Source: Niabella sp. (GTDB lineage: Bacteria > Bacteroidota > Bacteroidia > Chitinophagales > Chitinophagaceae). From it: DNA of 64,000 nt. Below, in pieces: positions 1-9,521 of the stretch; position 1 is the stretch's first letter; every line of letters starts with the position of its first letter. The DNA lies in contig JASGDI010000051.1 of NCBI GenBank assembly GCA_049841335.1, forward strand, positions 11,201-75,200. The letters run 5' to 3'. A program made the translations under genes and the position numbers. The notes under the pieces were generated by a model that had not been told where the DNA came from, made no database searches, and worked only from the letters and a program-made list of their open reading frames with translations.

Positions 1-1386
1 AGGCGATAGCCCCCTGTTCCCATATTCACTATATAACTGGTAAAGAGAAGGCGTATTATACCCGCTGGAAATATTCACAAAAACGCGCGTGTGCTCATCT
101 ATATTATACGACGGATTAAAGGTAAAAGTTCCGTTGCCGCCATACACACTGTGATGGTTATATCTTCCGCCTGCTTCTATGTTAAACCCTTTTAACCCCG
201 TTACCAGGAAAGAGGTATATACAGAAAAGTTATTGGCTTTGGCAGAGTCGCTGCTTACCGGGACAGCATCGTATGGGCCATAGTTGGAAATACTTTTATA
301 CGACTGATCGGTATGCTGATAAACATATTGCAAACCGCTCACTAAAGACAACCGATCCGTAAAATTGTGACTGCCATACAAATCTGTTACATAAGACCGG
401 CCCTTGTAATTTCCGTCGGACCAAATATTATAATAGGAAGATGCCGGGTCTATCCTCAGTCCGCCAACATCGGTACTGTCGTCAAAATAGTATCTGTCTG
501 ACCGTATCATATTCTGCACAAGATGAACAGAAGACTTTTCTGTTTTATAATTAAGGCCGAGGCTGTTTACAAAATTCTTACTTTTTACAATATTATCATA
601 GTCGTCAATATAGGCAGCGGCGTCTGCATCGGCTTTATAGTCTCCGTAATTACTGGTAAATTTCAGCGACAAGGCATCTGTAAAACGATAGCCGATGTTG
701 GCCTGGAAGCTGTTTTGCTTTAAGCCATCCTTATCAAAATTCCGGTTGCCAATGCTGTCATAAGCAGCGGAGAAACCATCTGTACGAATACGGTTATATA
801 AAACATTATATGAAAAACCGTTGATATTGCCATTCACACCTATCCCGGTTTTTAAGGTATTATAACTGCCATAAGCTACTGTTATGTTGGGCTGTATTTT
901 TTCAGGGCCGCCTTTTTTGGTAATAATATTAACAACACCGGCTACGGCTGCACTGCCCCAAAGCGTGCTTTGAGCACCTTTCAATATTTCTATCCGTTCA
1001 ATTTGTTCAGGATTGATATTATTCAGATCATAAGCATTGGTAATAAAAGACGGATCCTGTAAAGGCTCTCCGTCTAAAAGAAACAGGGTATTACCTGTAG
1101 CAGCGCCTCTCAGGTACAGCTCCTGATTGGAGCCGGGCGCATTATTAGCGCCAACAGTGAAGATGCCTGCATACTGGTTTAAAATTTCAGTAAGGGATTT
1201 CCCTATATTGTTTTGTAAAGTTGCCTTATCAATAACCGTAACTACTTTGCCGGTTTGCGACTGTTTCTGTTCTTTTCTTGAAGCAGTGACCACTACTTCA
1301 TCCAGATCTTTTTGAGCCGTTTCGTTTTGTGCCTGTAGTGAGCTGTACAATATAACAGCAGCCACTACTAAAATTTTTCTTTTCAT
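1..1386 (-). CDS. TonB-dependent outer-membrane receptor, BtuB-like (N-terminal 462 codons; gene continues past the left edge)
   Basis: Minus-strand frame is open from the ATG at 1386 to position 1. It is absent from the ORF track because no stop lies in the window. My translation gives MKRKILVVAAVILYSSLQAQ (signal peptide), DEVVVTASR (TonB box) and the plug motifs IERIEILKGAQSTLWGSAAVAGVVNIITKKG. The left edge reads ...YNTPSLYQLYSEYGNRGLSP. A cobalamin riboswitch sits immediately upstream. Confidence 0.8.
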   Translation of the reverse strand, partial: MKRKILVVAAVILYSSLQAQNETAQKDLDEVVVTASRKEQKQSQTGKVVTVIDKATLQNNIGKSLTEILNQYAGIFTVGANNAPGSNQELYLRGAATGNTLFLLDGEPLQDPSFITNAYDLNNINPEQIERIEILKGAQSTLWGSAAVAGVVNIITKKGGPEKIQPNITVAYGSYNTLKTGIGVNGNINGFSYNVLYNRIRTDGFSAAYDSIGNRNFDKDGLKQNSFQANIGYRFTDALSLKFTSNYGDYKADADAAAYIDDYDNIVKSKNFVNSLGLNYKTEKSSVHLVQNMIRSDRYYFDDSTDVGGLRIDPASSYYNIWSDGNYKGRSYVTDLYGSHNFTDRLSLVSGLQYVYQHTDQSYKSISNYGPYDAVPVSSDSAKANNFSVYTSFLVTGLKGFNIEAGGRYNHHSVYGGNGTFTFNPSYNIDEHTRVFVNISSGYNTPSLYQLYSEYGNRGLSP

Positions 1387-1489
1387 TTTAAAATTTTAGC
1401 TGACTGCTTCCGGTAAAATAATAGAAATATATACGCTGTTGCGAATACATTTTCCGCCTTTCACCCGAAAGCCTGAATGATAACTAATG

Positions 1490-1712
1490 ATATTTGGCAG
1501 GTCTTCTGGCTTTGAGCATTGCTGGCACCTTCCCATTGTATTAATACAAAAGTGGTTTACCGCTAACAATTTTAAATCATCCTTAACCTCTTCTTCAGAA
1601 GAGGCAGGAAGGCTCTTACAGCTACGGGGATAGCGCCGGACTCCGTGCCTGCGGAGGCAAGTACACCGGACTTCCCTTTTAACTCCGCAAACACTGCGGA
1701 GACCAAAAATCG
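1490..1712 (-). promoter_or_regulatory. Cobalamin (B12) riboswitch in the 5' leader of the TonB-dependent receptor
   Basis: The minus strand reads AAAAGGGAAGTCCGGTG ... GCTATCCCCGTAGCTGTAAGAG ... ACCACTTTTG..CAATGGGAAGGTG ... B12 box AGCCAGAAGACCTGCC (plus-strand coordinates 1496-1511). The order and spacing match the conserved cobalamin riboswitch core. Confidence 0.8.
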
Positions 1713-1715
1713 CGG

Positions 1716-1723
1716 CAAAAGTA
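1716..1723 (-). promoter_or_regulatory. Bacteroidota sigma-A -7 box (TActTTTG) for the riboswitch/receptor transcript
   Basis: Plus-strand caaaagta is TACTTTTG on the minus strand. It lies a few nt upstream of the first riboswitch helix. Confidence 0.45.
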
Positions 1724-1734
1724 CGGAAATGCAT

Positions 1735-1742
1735 TAAGTTTG
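1735..1742 (+). promoter_or_regulatory. -7 box TAagTTTG for the histidine kinase gene
   Basis: taagtttg matches TAnnTTTG. The ATG at 1750 is only 7 nt after the box, which implies a leaderless or near-leaderless mRNA. Confidence 0.4.
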
Positions 1743-1749
1743 TTTAAGC

Positions 1750-2895
1750 ATGAACAGAAAAGGACTTCACATATTTACGCACATGGGCTGCTGGCTGCTT
1801 TTTATTTTTCTCATTGCTGCCTTTCTCAATAACAGCAACGGGAATAGCAACAACTGGCTGCAAACCATTTTTTCGCTTCCATTTCTGTTGTTCGTTATTT
1901 TTTATGTAGTAGTATTCTATCTCAACCTGTATGTGCTGATGCCTTATCTTTTTTTAAAGAAAAAATATACAGTATATACATTTACAGCCGTTGCATTGCT
2001 CGCTATTTGCTTTTATATAAAGCCTTTTGAACAGGTAATGCAACACGCACGCGGGAATACGGGAATGCAAATCCGCCCAAACGAAATGACCAACAGGAGT
2101 ATGCCGCCACCGCCGCATATAACCAAGGAAAACCGGCCTGCCCCTCCTCTTCCCCGTACGCCAATGAACAGACCTCCTGCTGAAGCCAAACAAGTGCGTA
2201 TTGATATCATCAGCCTGGTCTTATTTTTTATGGTAATGGCCGGCAGTGCCATGTTAGTGTTGTCAAAGCAATGGCGCATTACTGAAAAAAATAAAGCACT
2301 TGTAGAAGTGCAAAAAGCAAAAGCAGAGCTGGCTTTTCTTAAAGCACAAATAAGCCCGCATTTTCTTTTCAATGTGCTGAATAATATTTACGCGCTCGTA
2401 ATTACTAAAAATGATAACGCCGCATCAGGCATCCTCCGTCTTTCGAATATTATGAGATATGTTACGGATGATGCCCGGGCAGATTTTGTACCTGTTGAAA
2501 AGGAAATTGCCTGCATCAACGATTTTATAGCCCTGCAAAAACTAAGATCAGGTAAAAATGTCAAAGTAAACTATACAGTGACTGGTGCGTACGGAAATAT
2601 AACGGTGGCCCCGCTCATCCTTATGGCTTTTGTGGAAAACACTTTTAAGCATGGTATAAGCAATAATCTTCCTGCAGAAATAAATATTGACATCAGCGTA
2701 AAAGGGTCAACTATTCATCTTAAAACTCAAAATGCCATTTTTAAAAAGAAGCATCCTGAAACAAGGGATGGCGTGGGGCTTCAAAACGTAGTGCAAAGAC
2801 TGGAGCTGCTTTATCCCGGCAGGCACCAGCTTCATATAAACACAGAAAATGATATTTTTAAAGTAGTGCTCGTATTACAAAATGCAATAATATAA
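1750..2895 (+). CDS. Sensor histidine kinase, LytS/YehU (His_kinase/HATPase) type, membrane-bound
   Basis: N-terminal TM helices and a Pro-rich linker are followed by AELAFLKAQISPHFLFNVLNNIYAL (the H-box of the LytS family). A C-terminal ATPase region contains GVGLQNVVQRLELLY. Confidence 0.85.
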   Translation: MNRKGLHIFTHMGCWLLFIFLIAAFLNNSNGNSNNWLQTIFSLPFLLFVIFYVVVFYLNLYVLMPYLFLKKKYTVYTFTAVALLAICFYIKPFEQVMQHARGNTGMQIRPNEMTNRSMPPPPHITKENRPAPPLPRTPMNRPPAEAKQVRIDIISLVLFFMVMAGSAMLVLSKQWRITEKNKALVEVQKAKAELAFLKAQISPHFLFNVLNNIYALVITKNDNAASGILRLSNIMRYVTDDARADFVPVEKEIACINDFIALQKLRSGKNVKVNYTVTGAYGNITVAPLILMAFVENTFKHGISNNLPAEINIDISVKGSTIHLKTQNAIFKKKHPETRDGVGLQNVVQRLELLYPGRHQLHINTENDIFKVVLVLQNAII

Positions 2896-2907
2896 TTCAC
2901 CCTGCTC

Positions 2908-3606
2908 ATGACAATAAAAGCTATCGCCATAGATGATGAACCACTGGCGCTTGAAATTGTGAAACAATATTGTATACAGCTTCCGGGTATTGAGCTGGTA
3001 CAAACTTTTGACAATGCTGTTGCCGGGCTTGAGTATATCCATCAGCACCAGCCTGATCTGCTGTTCATTGATATTGACATGCCGGATATTAACGGCATTG
3101 ATCTCATTAACAGTTTAGAAACAAAACCAATGATCATCTTTACTACCGCTTATAAAGAGTTCGCCCTTGATGGTTTTGAGCTGGAGGCCGTAGATTATTT
3201 ATTAAAACCTTTCAGCTTTGAGCGGTTTGAAAAAGCGTTTCAAAAGGCAGCATCAAAATATAAATCAGCCAATAGTGAAGACGGGGCGCAGGAGCATATT
3301 TTTGTATATACGGAGTACAGGATGAAAAAGATTTTGCTGCAGGATATTATTTATATCGAAAGCCTGGACGATTATATAAAGATCCATTTAATGAATGACA
3401 AACCGGTCATGACATTAATGTCCCTGAAAAAAGTATCAGAAAAGCTGCCGCCCGGGCAGTTTATTCGCATCCATCGAAGCTATATAACTTCTGTAAAATA
3501 TCTTTCCGAATTATCAGGCCGGAAAATAAAGCTGACCAGCGGTACAGAGCTACCCGTAGGAGAAAGCTATACCTCCGAAGTCAACAAATGGACCAGGCCC
3601 CGTTAA
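2908..3606 (+). CDS. LytR/AlgR-family response regulator (REC + LytTR DNA-binding domain)
   Basis: The receiver domain reads IAIDDEP...DLLFIDIDMPDINGI...IIFTTAY. The C-terminal LytTR region reads IIYIESLDDYIKIH...FIRIHRSYI. The start is 12 nt after the kinase stop. Confidence 0.9.
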   Translation: MTIKAIAIDDEPLALEIVKQYCIQLPGIELVQTFDNAVAGLEYIHQHQPDLLFIDIDMPDINGIDLINSLETKPMIIFTTAYKEFALDGFELEAVDYLLKPFSFERFEKAFQKAASKYKSANSEDGAQEHIFVYTEYRMKKILLQDIIYIESLDDYIKIHLMNDKPVMTLMSLKKVSEKLPPGQFIRIHRSYITSVKYLSELSGRKIKLTSGTELPVGESYTSEVNKWTRPR

Positions 3607-3709
3607 CAGGTTTTTAAGGGATTCCCCGGTACATTTTGCCGGTTCACCTATCAGATTTTTATTAGCCTGCGCCGTTTCATAACCTTGCATTAAAATAAAA
3701 AGCAGGTAT

Positions 3710-4417
3710 ATGGAAAGGAAAAAATTTTTATCGCAAAGCCTCACAGCCTTAGGCGTTGCCTTTGTAGCGCCCATTACAAAAGCATGCAACAAAACGGATG
3801 TAATAGGTGATACAGACGAAACAGGATCAGGCTCCTGTACTACCACTCCTTCAGAAACAGAAGGCCCCTTCCCTACTAAATCACCTTCCTCTTTAGTACA
3901 ATCAAATATAGTGGGCGACAGAACGGGCGTTCCCTTATCCGTAAAAATTTATATCACCAACCGTAACAACAGTTGTGCAGCGCTGGCCAATGCTATTGTT
4001 GATATATGGCATTGCGATGCAGCAGGAAATTATTCGGAGTATGGAGGAACAGGAATGCAGTCAACCAACTATACCAGTGTACACTGGCTGCGCGGCCGGC
4101 AAACTACGGACAGCAATGGACTGGTAACATTTACCAGCATTTTTCCGGGCTGGTATAGTGGTCGCGCACCACATATACATGTGCATGTATATAACAGCAG
4201 CGGCAGGTCGCTGCTGGTTACTCAAATAGCTTTCCCTACCGATATATGTAATACGGTTTATACAACTGCATCTCCTTACAGCACCCGCGGCACACAGGAC
4301 ACACAAAACTCCAGGGACAATGTATTTGCAGATTCGCTCGATTTCGAGATGTCGGCAGTTACAGGCAGCGTATCTGAAGGCTATACACTGACACATACCA
4401 TCAATGTAAGCGCTTAG
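3710..4417 (+). CDS. Secreted intradiol ring-cleavage dioxygenase-like protein
   Basis: The N-terminal export signal is MERKKFLSQSLTALGVAFVAP. The motifs IWHCDAAGNYS and GRAPHIHVHV are typical of the intradiol dioxygenase fold. Confidence 0.6.
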   Translation: MERKKFLSQSLTALGVAFVAPITKACNKTDVIGDTDETGSGSCTTTPSETEGPFPTKSPSSLVQSNIVGDRTGVPLSVKIYITNRNNSCAALANAIVDIWHCDAAGNYSEYGGTGMQSTNYTSVHWLRGRQTTDSNGLVTFTSIFPGWYSGRAPHIHVHVYNSSGRSLLVTQIAFPTDICNTVYTTASPYSTRGTQDTQNSRDNVFADSLDFEMSAVTGSVSEGYTLTHTINVSA

Positions 4418-4473
4418 TGCCGCGCTCCATCTGAATTGCAGAAAAGAATATATCAACGGTCAATTTATAACAC

Positions 4474-5016
4474 ATGAAACAGATACAACTTGCCTACCGT
4501 AAAATAATAGGCGTTCAAAGCACATCGGTATGGGAGCGGTATGTGTTTGAAGACTCTTACAAAGAGTTTTTAATGCAGTTTCAGTTCTATAATACAGAAA
4601 ATAAATACCATACATTTTCCCGGTTATCAGCAGATATACCGGCAGCAGAAAAACTACATTTCCTGGTTAGCGCGGCTGTTACCGGTTATATAACGCAATT
4701 ACAAAATAAAATACCTGACATACAAAATACATTAGGAAAAATATTCCTGCCGTTTCACCTGTATCGCTTTGAAATTATCGACTCCGACATCCGTGATAAA
4801 AAGGATCATCGCATCGCTATTATTTTTTACAGCGAACCTCTGCAATGGCTGGATACCATCGGAGAGCACCTGCTCATTTCTTTAAATACAGAAAGCAACA
4901 ATAATAAAGAGATGCTCCAGACAGAGCTTGTGAAGCTGCAGCCTTTTATGAGCATTTATTCACTTCAAAAAACAGATCATGCAACAGCAATCCCAAGCCA
5001 GGATATTCTTAGCTGA
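4474..5016 (+). CDS. Hypothetical protein (no recognisable domain)
   Basis: A 180-aa ORF on the same strand and in line with its neighbours. It overlaps the next ORF by 38 nt. I recognise no motif. Confidence 0.4.
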   Translation: MKQIQLAYRKIIGVQSTSVWERYVFEDSYKEFLMQFQFYNTENKYHTFSRLSADIPAAEKLHFLVSAAVTGYITQLQNKIPDIQNTLGKIFLPFHLYRFEIIDSDIRDKKDHRIAIIFYSEPLQWLDTIGEHLLISLNTESNNNKEMLQTELVKLQPFMSIYSLQKTDHATAIPSQDILS

Positions 5017-5656
5017 CAAATACCAGGTGATTCAAACTGAATACAGCCGCAGCATCCACGTATTTACGGATCGTACACCGGCGTTCAACAACCTGGCAGC
5101 AGTTAAAGATGAAACACTTGCCGCCAAAAGCAGTACAGAATATTACTTTGATACAGGAACCCTATTGCTCCCGGTTGTAGGCGCCCTTGTTTTCAGACAG
5201 GGAGAAAAGGAAACTGAGCTAAACTGCGGAGAGATACTGGTCATTAACAGCACCGCGGCCATCAGCATATCCAATCCGTATGATGACTGCCTGGTCAATT
5301 ATATCATTGTTAGTTTTGAAACGCTTTTTGATACGGCTGCAACGGCACATCCATACTCCTTTGACCTGAATGCTTATAAAAACAAAATGCTGGATGTATT
5401 CAGCAACAGTATGCTCAGCATTTCTCTTGGAAAATTTGACATGCGCAGGGAAACCACCTACTACCTTTCCGGCAGGAATAAGGCCTGTTTTTGCCTTGTA
5501 ATACAGGGATCTTTTGAAATAGAAGGCAGGCTGCTGCATGAGCGCGATGCGCTGGCCGTATGGGATACAGAGGAAATGGATATTGAGTCCCTGGGAAAAG
5601 AATCTATACTTTTTTTAATTGAGCAGCCAGTCAGCAACTTACCTGCTTCACTATAA
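4979..5656 (+). CDS. Pirin/YhhW-like bicupin, apparently lacking the metal-binding His cluster
   Basis: The N-terminus ARIFLADKYQ and the C-terminal CFCLVIQGSFEIEGRLLHERDALAVWDTEEMDIESLGKESILFLIEQP resemble the pirin C-terminal cupin pattern. I see no HxH...H...E motif in the N-terminal half. Confidence 0.5.
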   Translation: MQQQSQARIFLADKYQVIQTEYSRSIHVFTDRTPAFNNLAAVKDETLAAKSSTEYYFDTGTLLLPVVGALVFRQGEKETELNCGEILVINSTAAISISNPYDDCLVNYIIVSFETLFDTAATAHPYSFDLNAYKNKMLDVFSNSMLSISLGKFDMRRETTYYLSGRNKACFCLVIQGSFEIEGRLLHERDALAVWDTEEMDIESLGKESILFLIEQPVSNLPASL

Positions 5657-5690
5657 TACTAATATAACTAACATAGAAAACAATATAATT

Positions 5691-7298
5691 ATGAACACGA
5701 ACATTACTACACAACGGTCTTTTTTATCAGCCCCACTGTTATTTCTTCTATATGCCGGAATGCTCTTCAGCAGTTGCTCAAAAACAGATGTCACCGGCAC
5801 TACAGATGAGAACGGAACCGAAAATACAGGAGGCACAGGCAGTAGTGGCAGTAGCAGTAACAGCTCCCTGACTATTGAAGACGTATCTACTATAAGCAGC
5901 GCGAAAGAAGGGAACACGGACAGTGCTTATAATGCTGACGACCTTATAGCCAACTCCTCTTTTACCTCACAGGTGCTCATTGCCTTTAGCGGCACATCGG
6001 CTACTGTTACCAACCCTCTATCCGCCAGCGGCGTATCGGTTACCACCAGCAACGGTGATATAACGGTTACGTCTACCGCCAAAAATGTTGAGTATGTAGT
6101 GTCCGGCACTACAAACAGCGGATCAGTAAAAATTTATAGCGATAATAAATTTAAACTCACCCTCAGCGGCGCTGCTATTACTAATAATGACGGTCCGGCT
6201 ATCAATATTCAATCCAAGAAAAGAGTATTTATTGAAGTGGCAGATAATACAACTAATACACTGGCCGATGGAAGCACTTATGCCACAAGCACAGAAGATA
6301 TGAAGGGTACTATTTTCAGTGAAGGGCAGCTAATCTTTACAGGCAATGGCACCCTTAATGTAAAGGGCAATTATAAGCACGGTATTGCCAGCGATGATTA
6401 TGTGAGGGTGCAGAGCGGCACCATTAACATAACAGGAGCTGCCACCGATGGCATACACACTAACGATGCTGTTATTGTTGACGGCGGTACTTTAAACATT
6501 ACCGCTACCAGCGATGGTATAGAATGCGAAGAAGGGTATATCGTTATCAATGACGGTAACTTTACCATTAAGGCTGGTGATGATGGTATTGCAGCTTCTT
6601 ATGATACTGATGCAACTATTGATCCGTATGTAACTATCAATGGCGGCACATTTAATATTACCAGTACAGCAGGCGAAGGCATAGAAAGCAAAAGCACGCT
6701 AACCATTAACGACGGCACTTTTAATATCAAAACTTATGATGACGGTTTAAATGCCGGTAAAGCTATTTATATTAATGGCGGAACCCTGTATGTGTACAGC
6801 AGTAATAATGATGGTATTGACTCTAATGGCATCATGACAATAACCGGGGGTAAAACCGTTTCTGTAGGTGCCGGTTCACCGGAAGAGGGTTTTGACTGCG
6901 ATAACAATACCTTCAAAATAACCGGTGGTATTATCGTTGGTATTGGAGGTGCCACCAGTATGCCTACGGCTAATGTAAGCACTCAAAGATCTGTAAGACT
7001 GGGAGGAGCAAGCGCCAACCAGTTAGTGCATATAGCAGCTACAGACGGCAGCGCTGAAGCACTGACCTTTACTGTACCCCGCACCTACACTACCATGTTA
7101 TTCTCCAGTCCTAAACTTAAAGCAAGTACATCTTATACTGTTTACACAGGTGGCTCTGTAAATAATGGTGTCAGCTTAAACGGGCTATACACCAGCGGCA
7201 CCTATGTTAAAGGCAGCACTGCTTCCGGCACCACTTTTACCACCTCATCAATGGTTACAACTGCTGGTGGCAGCGGCGGTCCGGGAGGTGGCAGATAA
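5691..7298 (+). CDS. Lipoprotein with parallel beta-helix repeats (Cthe_2159-like carbohydrate-binding family)
   Basis: I prefer the internal ATG at 5691, giving MNTNITTQRSFLSAPLLFLLYAGMLFSSC (lipobox Cys). Rungs of G(T/N)(F/L)NI(T/K)...DGI recur seven or more times (GTINITGAATDGI, GTLNITATSDGI, GNFTIKAGDDGI, GTFNITSTAGEGI, GTFNIKTYDDGL, GTLYVYSSNNDGI). Confidence 0.6.
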   Translation: MNTNITTQRSFLSAPLLFLLYAGMLFSSCSKTDVTGTTDENGTENTGGTGSSGSSSNSSLTIEDVSTISSAKEGNTDSAYNADDLIANSSFTSQVLIAFSGTSATVTNPLSASGVSVTTSNGDITVTSTAKNVEYVVSGTTNSGSVKIYSDNKFKLTLSGAAITNNDGPAINIQSKKRVFIEVADNTTNTLADGSTYATSTEDMKGTIFSEGQLIFTGNGTLNVKGNYKHGIASDDYVRVQSGTINITGAATDGIHTNDAVIVDGGTLNITATSDGIECEEGYIVINDGNFTIKAGDDGIAASYDTDATIDPYVTINGGTFNITSTAGEGIESKSTLTINDGTFNIKTYDDGLNAGKAIYINGGTLYVYSSNNDGIDSNGIMTITGGKTVSVGAGSPEEGFDCDNNTFKITGGIIVGIGGATSMPTANVSTQRSVRLGGASANQLVHIAATDGSAEALTFTVPRTYTTMLFSSPKLKASTSYTVYTGGSVNNGVSLNGLYTSGTYVKGSTASGTTFTTSSMVTTAGGSGGPGGGR

Positions 7299-7323
7299 AT
7301 GAAGAGGCAATAAGAGGGATATA

Positions 7324-7385
7324 CAAAGCGCCTGCTATATAGCGGCGCTTTGTCATTATCAACAACCTTACCTGAAAGGTTTTTT
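7324..7385. terminator. Two hairpins between convergent genes
   Basis: The first hairpin is caaagcgcc(7324-7332)/ggcgctttg(7344-7352). The second is aacctt(7364-7369)/aaggtt(7376-7381) followed by tttt. Confidence 0.5.
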
Positions 7386-7875
7386 AATGGGGCAGTTTTT
7401 CGCGAAAAAACCCATAAACCCAGGTACCGGCTATGGCGCTTAATAGTACCACTGCAACAACAGTAAAGCCACTCCCGATCTGCGCAAACAAAGGTCCGGG
7501 GCAGGCGCCTGTCATAGCCCAACCCAGTCCAAATAATAATCCTCCTATAACCTGTCCCTTGTTAAACTTTTTGGGATGAAAAATTACAGCTTCACCATGT
7601 ATGGTTTTTATATTGAATCTTTTTATAAGCCATACAGAAATGGCCCCTACCACTACGGCAGAACCAATTACCCCATACATATGAAAGCTTTGCAGGCGAA
7701 ACATTTCCTGTATCCGGAACCAGGAAACAATTTCTGCCTTTACGAAAACAATACCGAACAGCAAACCCACTGCCAGGTATTTAAAATTATACCACCAGGG
7801 GTGTTTCAGCTCCGTTTCGTTCACGCACATGGTATCCAGCGAACGTACTTCATAATCTGTAATATCTTTTTGCAT
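7384..7875 (-). CDS. YeeE/YedE-type sulfur-compound transporter, C-terminal half-protein
   Basis: A polytopic membrane protein with the conserved-Cys motif GWAMTGACPGP. It sits 9 nt downstream of the other half. Confidence 0.7.
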   Translation of the reverse strand: MQKDITDYEVRSLDTMCVNETELKHPWWYNFKYLAVGLLFGIVFVKAEIVSWFRIQEMFRLQSFHMYGVIGSAVVVGAISVWLIKRFNIKTIHGEAVIFHPKKFNKGQVIGGLLFGLGWAMTGACPGPLFAQIGSGFTVVAVVLLSAIAGTWVYGFFREKLPH

Positions 7876-7884
7876 TGCGAACCA

Positions 7885-8448
7885 TTATAATTTAAGAATA
7901 AAAGGAAGGATCAGGTTGGCCATAATAAATCCGCCGGCCATAAAACATACAGTGGCTATAAGAGAAGGTAATTGCAGATTGCTTAATCCCATAATGGCGT
8001 GACCGCTGGTACAGCCGCCGGCATACCTTGTTCCGAAACCAACCAAAAAGCCGCCAATCACCAATAAAATAAATCCTCTAGCCGAAAGCAGCCCTTGCCA
8101 GCTAAATATTTCGGCAGGCAAAAGATGCTGGTTGTCAGTAATATCATATTGGTTTAATGTAGTCATTAAAGCCGGTGACACCTGTACGGCATCCGGATTG
8201 GCCAAAAACTGCGCAGCTACAAAACCACCGGCTAAAATACCGGCTACAAAGAACAGGTTCCAGGCCTCCTTTTTCCAGTTATACTTAAAAAAAGGAATAC
8301 CGGCAGGTAAACAGGCAGCACATATATGCCTCAGGTTGGCAGATATGCCAAAATGCTTATTGCCTAACAATAATAAAGCCGGCACAATTAATCCTATCAA
8401 TGGGCCCGCAACATACCAGGGCCAGGGTTGTTTAATGAATGCTATCAT
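7885..8448 (-). CDS. YeeE/YedE-type sulfur-compound transporter, N-terminal half-protein
   Basis: A membrane protein with the motif [12 protein letters not shown], typical of YeeE/YedE. Confidence 0.8.
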   Translation of the reverse strand: MIAFIKQPWPWYVAGPLIGLIVPALLLLGNKHFGISANLRHICAACLPAGIPFFKYNWKKEAWNLFFVAGILAGGFVAAQFLANPDAVQVSPALMTTLNQYDITDNQHLLPAEIFSWQGLLSARGFILLVIGGFLVGFGTRYAGGCTSGHAIMGLSNLQLPSLIATVCFMAGGFIMANLILPFILKL

Positions 8449-8466
8449 TTATAAAATTTATTTTTA

Positions 8467-9264
8467 TCAGGCAGCAAAGTACACTACCAGTTCACGAACA
8501 ACAATATATATGCCTATCAGCAGCACAAACCAGCCAAATCCTCTTTTCAGAATACCTCCTTTTATTTTCTTTCCTATAACAGCTCCTGCCAAAACACCAA
8601 CAACAGCAATCCCGGTCAGCTTCAGCAGCAAATTCCAGTCCATAACATGATGGGTAATATCATCTGCAAAACCCGCGAGGCTGTTAACCGTAATAATAAC
8701 CAGCGATGTACCAATAGCTGTTTTAACCGGAAGGCGCAACAACAGTATCAAAGCAGGTATCAATAAAAATCCGCCACCAGCTCCCAGCAAGCCTGTTACC
8801 AGTCCTATACCAATGCCATACACTGAAATTTTAAACAGCCCGGCCCTGGGCGCATCATTTACGGCAGAATTGGGTCCAGTCTTTATCATGGAAAATGATG
8901 AAGCGATCATTAAAACAGCAAACAGCAGCATGGTTATTAATGATACCGGTATAGCGTAGCTGTCCACATACAAAGACTCCGGCAGATGCGGTATCACATA
9001 ATGCCTGATACAAAAAACAGTAATCACAGACAGTGTTCCGAAAATCAAAACGGTTTTTACATCTACCGTTTTATTAGCCAGGTTGGCTATAGAACCTACA
9101 AAGCTGGTAATACCTACTATAAATAAAGAGTAAGAGGTAGCCAGAACCGGGGAAACATCAAACAGGTACACCAGTATAGGTACAGTTAGTATGGATCCGC
9201 CGCCACCTATCAACCCCAGTGAAAGTCCTATCAGTAATGCCGCAATATACCCTGCTATCAACAT
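8467..9264 (-). CDS. TauE/SafE-family sulfite/anion exporter
   Basis: Eight predicted TM helices and a duplicated GxGGG motif ([14 protein letters not shown] and [14 protein letters not shown]). Confidence 0.85.
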   Translation of the reverse strand: MLIAGYIAALLIGLSLGLIGGGGSILTVPILVYLFDVSPVLATSYSLFIVGITSFVGSIANLANKTVDVKTVLIFGTLSVITVFCIRHYVIPHLPESLYVDSYAIPVSLITMLLFAVLMIASSFSMIKTGPNSAVNDAPRAGLFKISVYGIGIGLVTGLLGAGGGFLLIPALILLLRLPVKTAIGTSLVIITVNSLAGFADDITHHVMDWNLLLKLTGIAVVGVLAGAVIGKKIKGGILKRGFGWFVLLIGIYIVVRELVVYFAA

Positions 9265-9521
9265 AACGCAAATGTGCAGATGCTTTTATATTCACAAAGT
9301 AACATTTATCACATTAATTATCCTTTCTTACCCCATTTATATTATATAGTGTTTCTGCCGGTAACTCCCCATCCCCTTGCTTCCATTTTTTTTAAATCCG
9401 GATGATCACTTCCCTGGAAGAGGTCAGGCCCCTGGCAATCCCCTGGTAATTAATTTTTTGAAGTTATCGGTTTTTAGCTTCATTTACAGAACCGTACAAA
9501 ACAGATATTTCTTTATCTTCA

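Noticed and set aside
1396-1734. 112-aa minus-strand ORF (MHFRTFAAIFGLRSVCGVKREVRCTCLRRHG...)
   Set aside because: It coincides exactly with the cobalamin riboswitch and its promoter. The Cys/Arg-rich composition is typical of translating structured GC-rich RNA. It is not a gene.
7876-7884. YeeE/YedE split interpreted as a nonsense or frameshift pseudogene
   Set aside because: Each half has its own ATG and stop and an intact conserved Cys motif. The 9-nt gap looks like a normal coupled gene junction. I therefore call them two half-transporter genes, pending comparison with relatives.
9265-9521. Possible SAM or other riboswitch ahead of the permease / Cys-Met PLP enzyme pair
   Set aside because: I could not find the conserved cores of SAM-I/II/IV, SAH or lysine elements. 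Only C-rich runs and weak palindromes (cttccctggaag, gcccctggc) are present. The 122-aa ORF at 9377-9745 is also implausible: it has a TTG start and overlaps the permease.
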